A stretch of DNA of 63,914 nt, the filler included, from Octopus bimaculoides (taxonomy: Eukaryota): NCBI RefSeq assembly GCF_001194135.2. It is 6 parts of 6 records of this genome, joined end to end, with 100 filler letters (N's around TTAATTAATTAA, not from the genome) between each part and the next. Parts side by side here need not be neighbours in the genome. Positions count along the whole stretch, not along the records: positions 61,099 to 63,914 come from NC_069002.1; 5 more parts are not named here. One strand, given 5' to 3'. A program made the position numbers and the translations under genes. Under the pieces are notes generated by a model. It did no database searches. It was given only the letters and a program-made list of their open reading frames with translations, and was not told the origin of the DNA. Positions 61,695 through 63,914 of the stretch are shown piece by piece (the first letter of the stretch is position 1; every line of letters starts with the position of its first letter).

Positions 61695-62329
61695 TTGTAT
61701 GTCTGTGTGTTTTTGTGTGTGTGAATTTATGTCATATCTCGCAAGAGTGCTAGTGTCCATGTGTGGCTGTGTTTATGTATGTATGTGTGTTTGTGTATGT
61801 GTGTGTTTGTGTATGTGTGTTTTTGTGCAAAATATTAAACTATGCAACCGAAGAATTCCAGTTACTGTCGCCTTAAAAGGGTTAATTACCCTCAAAACAC
61901 ACGCACACACACATACATATGCACACGTACACCCCCCCGCAACTGCTGTATAAAGAGGTGACTCATCTTGGCACCAGACATCTTATGACTTTCACACNNN
62001 NNNNNNNTATATATATACATACATACATACATATAAATCTCTATATATATGCATATATATATATATATCTATATCCATATCTATCTATATATATGCATAC
62101 ATATATATATACATACACCCACATGTATATACACGTACATATATATATATAAACATATTTAGACACACACACATGGATGTATATATATACATGCACAGAC
62201 ACATATATATATACATACGCACACACACACACACACACACACACAGCTTGTTTCTTGTCCGTTGTTCTTCCTCTCTTCCTTATTTATTATTATTATTATT
62301 CCACATTATTATCATTATTATTATTATTA

Positions 62330-62389
<60 letters not shown>

Positions 62390-63194
62390 CACATTCCAGA
62401 AGCTTTTCATAAAACATTNNNNNNNNNNNNNNNNNNNNNNNNNNNNNNNNNNNNNNNNNNNNNNNNNNNNNNNNNNNNNNNNNNNNNNNNNNNNNNNNNN
62501 NNNNNNNNNNNNNNNNNNNNNNNNNNNNNNNNNNNNNNNNNNNNNNNNNNNNNNNNNNNNNNNNNNNNNNNNNNNNNNNNNNNNNNNNNNNNNNNNNNNN
62601 NNNNNNNNNNNNNNNNNNNNNNNNNNNNNNNNNNNNNNNNNNNNNNNNNNNNNNNNNNNNNNNNNNNNNNNNNNNNNNNNNNNNNNNNNNNNNNNNNNNN
62701 NNNNNNNNNNNNNNNNNNNNNNNNNNNNNNNNNNNNNNNNNNNNNNNNNNNNNNNNNNNNNNNNNNNNNNNNNNNNNNNNNNNNNNNNNNNNNNNNNNNN
62801 NNNNNNNNNNNNNNNNNNNNNNNNNNNNNNNNNNNNNNNNNNNNNNNNNNNNNNNNNNNNNNNNNNNNNNNNNNNNNNNNNNNNNNNNNNNNNNNNNNNN
62901 NNNNNNNNNNNNNNNNNNNNNNNNNNNNNNNNNNNNNNNNNNNNNNNNNNNNNNNNNNNNNNNNNNNNNNNNNNNNNNNNNNNNNNNNNNNNNNNNNNNN
63001 NNNNNNNNNNNNNNNNNNNNNNNNNNNNNNNNNNNNNNNNNNNNNNNNNNNNNNNNNNNNNNNNNNNNNNNNNNNNNNNNNNNNNNNNNNNNNNNNNNNN
63101 NNNNNNNNNNNNNNNNNNNNNNNNNNNNNNNNNNNNNNNNNNNNNNNNNNNNNNNNNNNNNNNNNNNNNNNNNNNNNNNNNNNNNNNNNNNNTT

Positions 63195-63750
63195 AAGTAC
63201 CAGTTACGCCCTGGGGTCGATGTAATCGACTTAATCCCTTTCTCTGTCCTTGTTTGTCCCTCTATGTTTTTAGCCCCTTGTGGGCAATAAAGAAATAAGA
63301 GGATCGCTTCCCAACCACATGATTCCGAGTTCAATCACACTGCGTGGCACCTTGCGCAAGTGTTTTTTTACTAGAGCCTCGAGCCGACCAAAGCTTTCTG
63401 AGTGAATTTGGTAGGCGGAAACTGTGTGGAAGCCTGAAGCATATATATACATATATGTATATATATATATCTTTATGTCTGTGTTTGTCCCGACAACTGC
63501 TTGACAACTGGCGCTGGTGAGTTTATGTCCCGTAACTTAGCGGTTCGGCAAAAAGGGACGATAGAATAAGTACAAGGCTTGAATAAAAAAAAAGATTATG
63601 TACTGGGATCGATTTGTTCAGCTAAAACCTTTCAAAGCACTGCCACAGGATGGAGCAAAGAGAAATAAAGTGTCTTGCTCCGGGAATTGAACACACAACC
63701 TTACGATCGTGAGCCAAATGTCCCTAACCACTAAGCCAGGCGCCTTCACA
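63195..63750. mobile_element. SINE cluster: family B 3' part (63195-63295, +), family A (63307-63645, +), family C head (63648-63750, -)
   Basis: Matches to the other copies of each family in this window. Confidence 0.85.
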
Positions 63751-63853
63751 GAGATACTCTTGTATATACATGTTTATAAACACACACACGTGCATATATA
63801 TATTTGTGTGTATGTTGTTTGTAGGATCGTGTTTCTGTGTGTGTGTGGGTGTC

Positions 63854-63914
<61 letters not shown>

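Noticed and set aside
1177-63452. Long ORFs in the supplied track (poly-X, YIHT, MYVC, poly-I/N/H/S)
   Set aside because: They are translations of microsatellites and N gaps, with no coding signal.

Overview
This is a gapped, AT-rich animal nuclear scaffold segment, most likely from an octopod cephalopod. That call is an inference from the mitochondrial insert (nad1-trnP-nad6-cob order, invertebrate mitochondrial code) and from the SINE and microsatellite landscape. No complete protein-coding gene can be read. There is one well-supported orphan exon (52193-52326, minus), one housekeeping-type promoter (about 5115-5290) and a few weak exon candidates. Almost all ORFs in the supplied track are translations of microsatellites or N gaps. 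The window is dominated by at least four SINE-like families, a near-full-length decayed R4/Dong-type non-LTR element in (TAA)n, fragments of Tx1/L1, RTE, CR1/L2 and Penelope-like (PLE) retroelements, mariner/Tc1 remnants, MITEs or foldbacks, and a rearranged pseudogenised NUMT. The most interesting signal is a set of minimal type-I hammerhead ribozyme motifs with palindromic (dimer-type) stem III. One sits inside a short tRNA-headed Pol III element present twice, each time with an inverted second head. Two more sit in the arms of a 346-bp palindrome directly 3' of a PLE reverse-transcriptase remnant. Together these suggest a PLE-mobilised, ribozyme-carrying SINE system; whether it is already described needs a Repbase/Dfam check. 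Other leads are a pre-miRNA-like hairpin whose mismatches all become G.U pairs on the minus strand, and a possible HDV-like ribozyme relic at the Dong 5' end. All alignments and folds were done by eye, and repeat boundaries are approximate.
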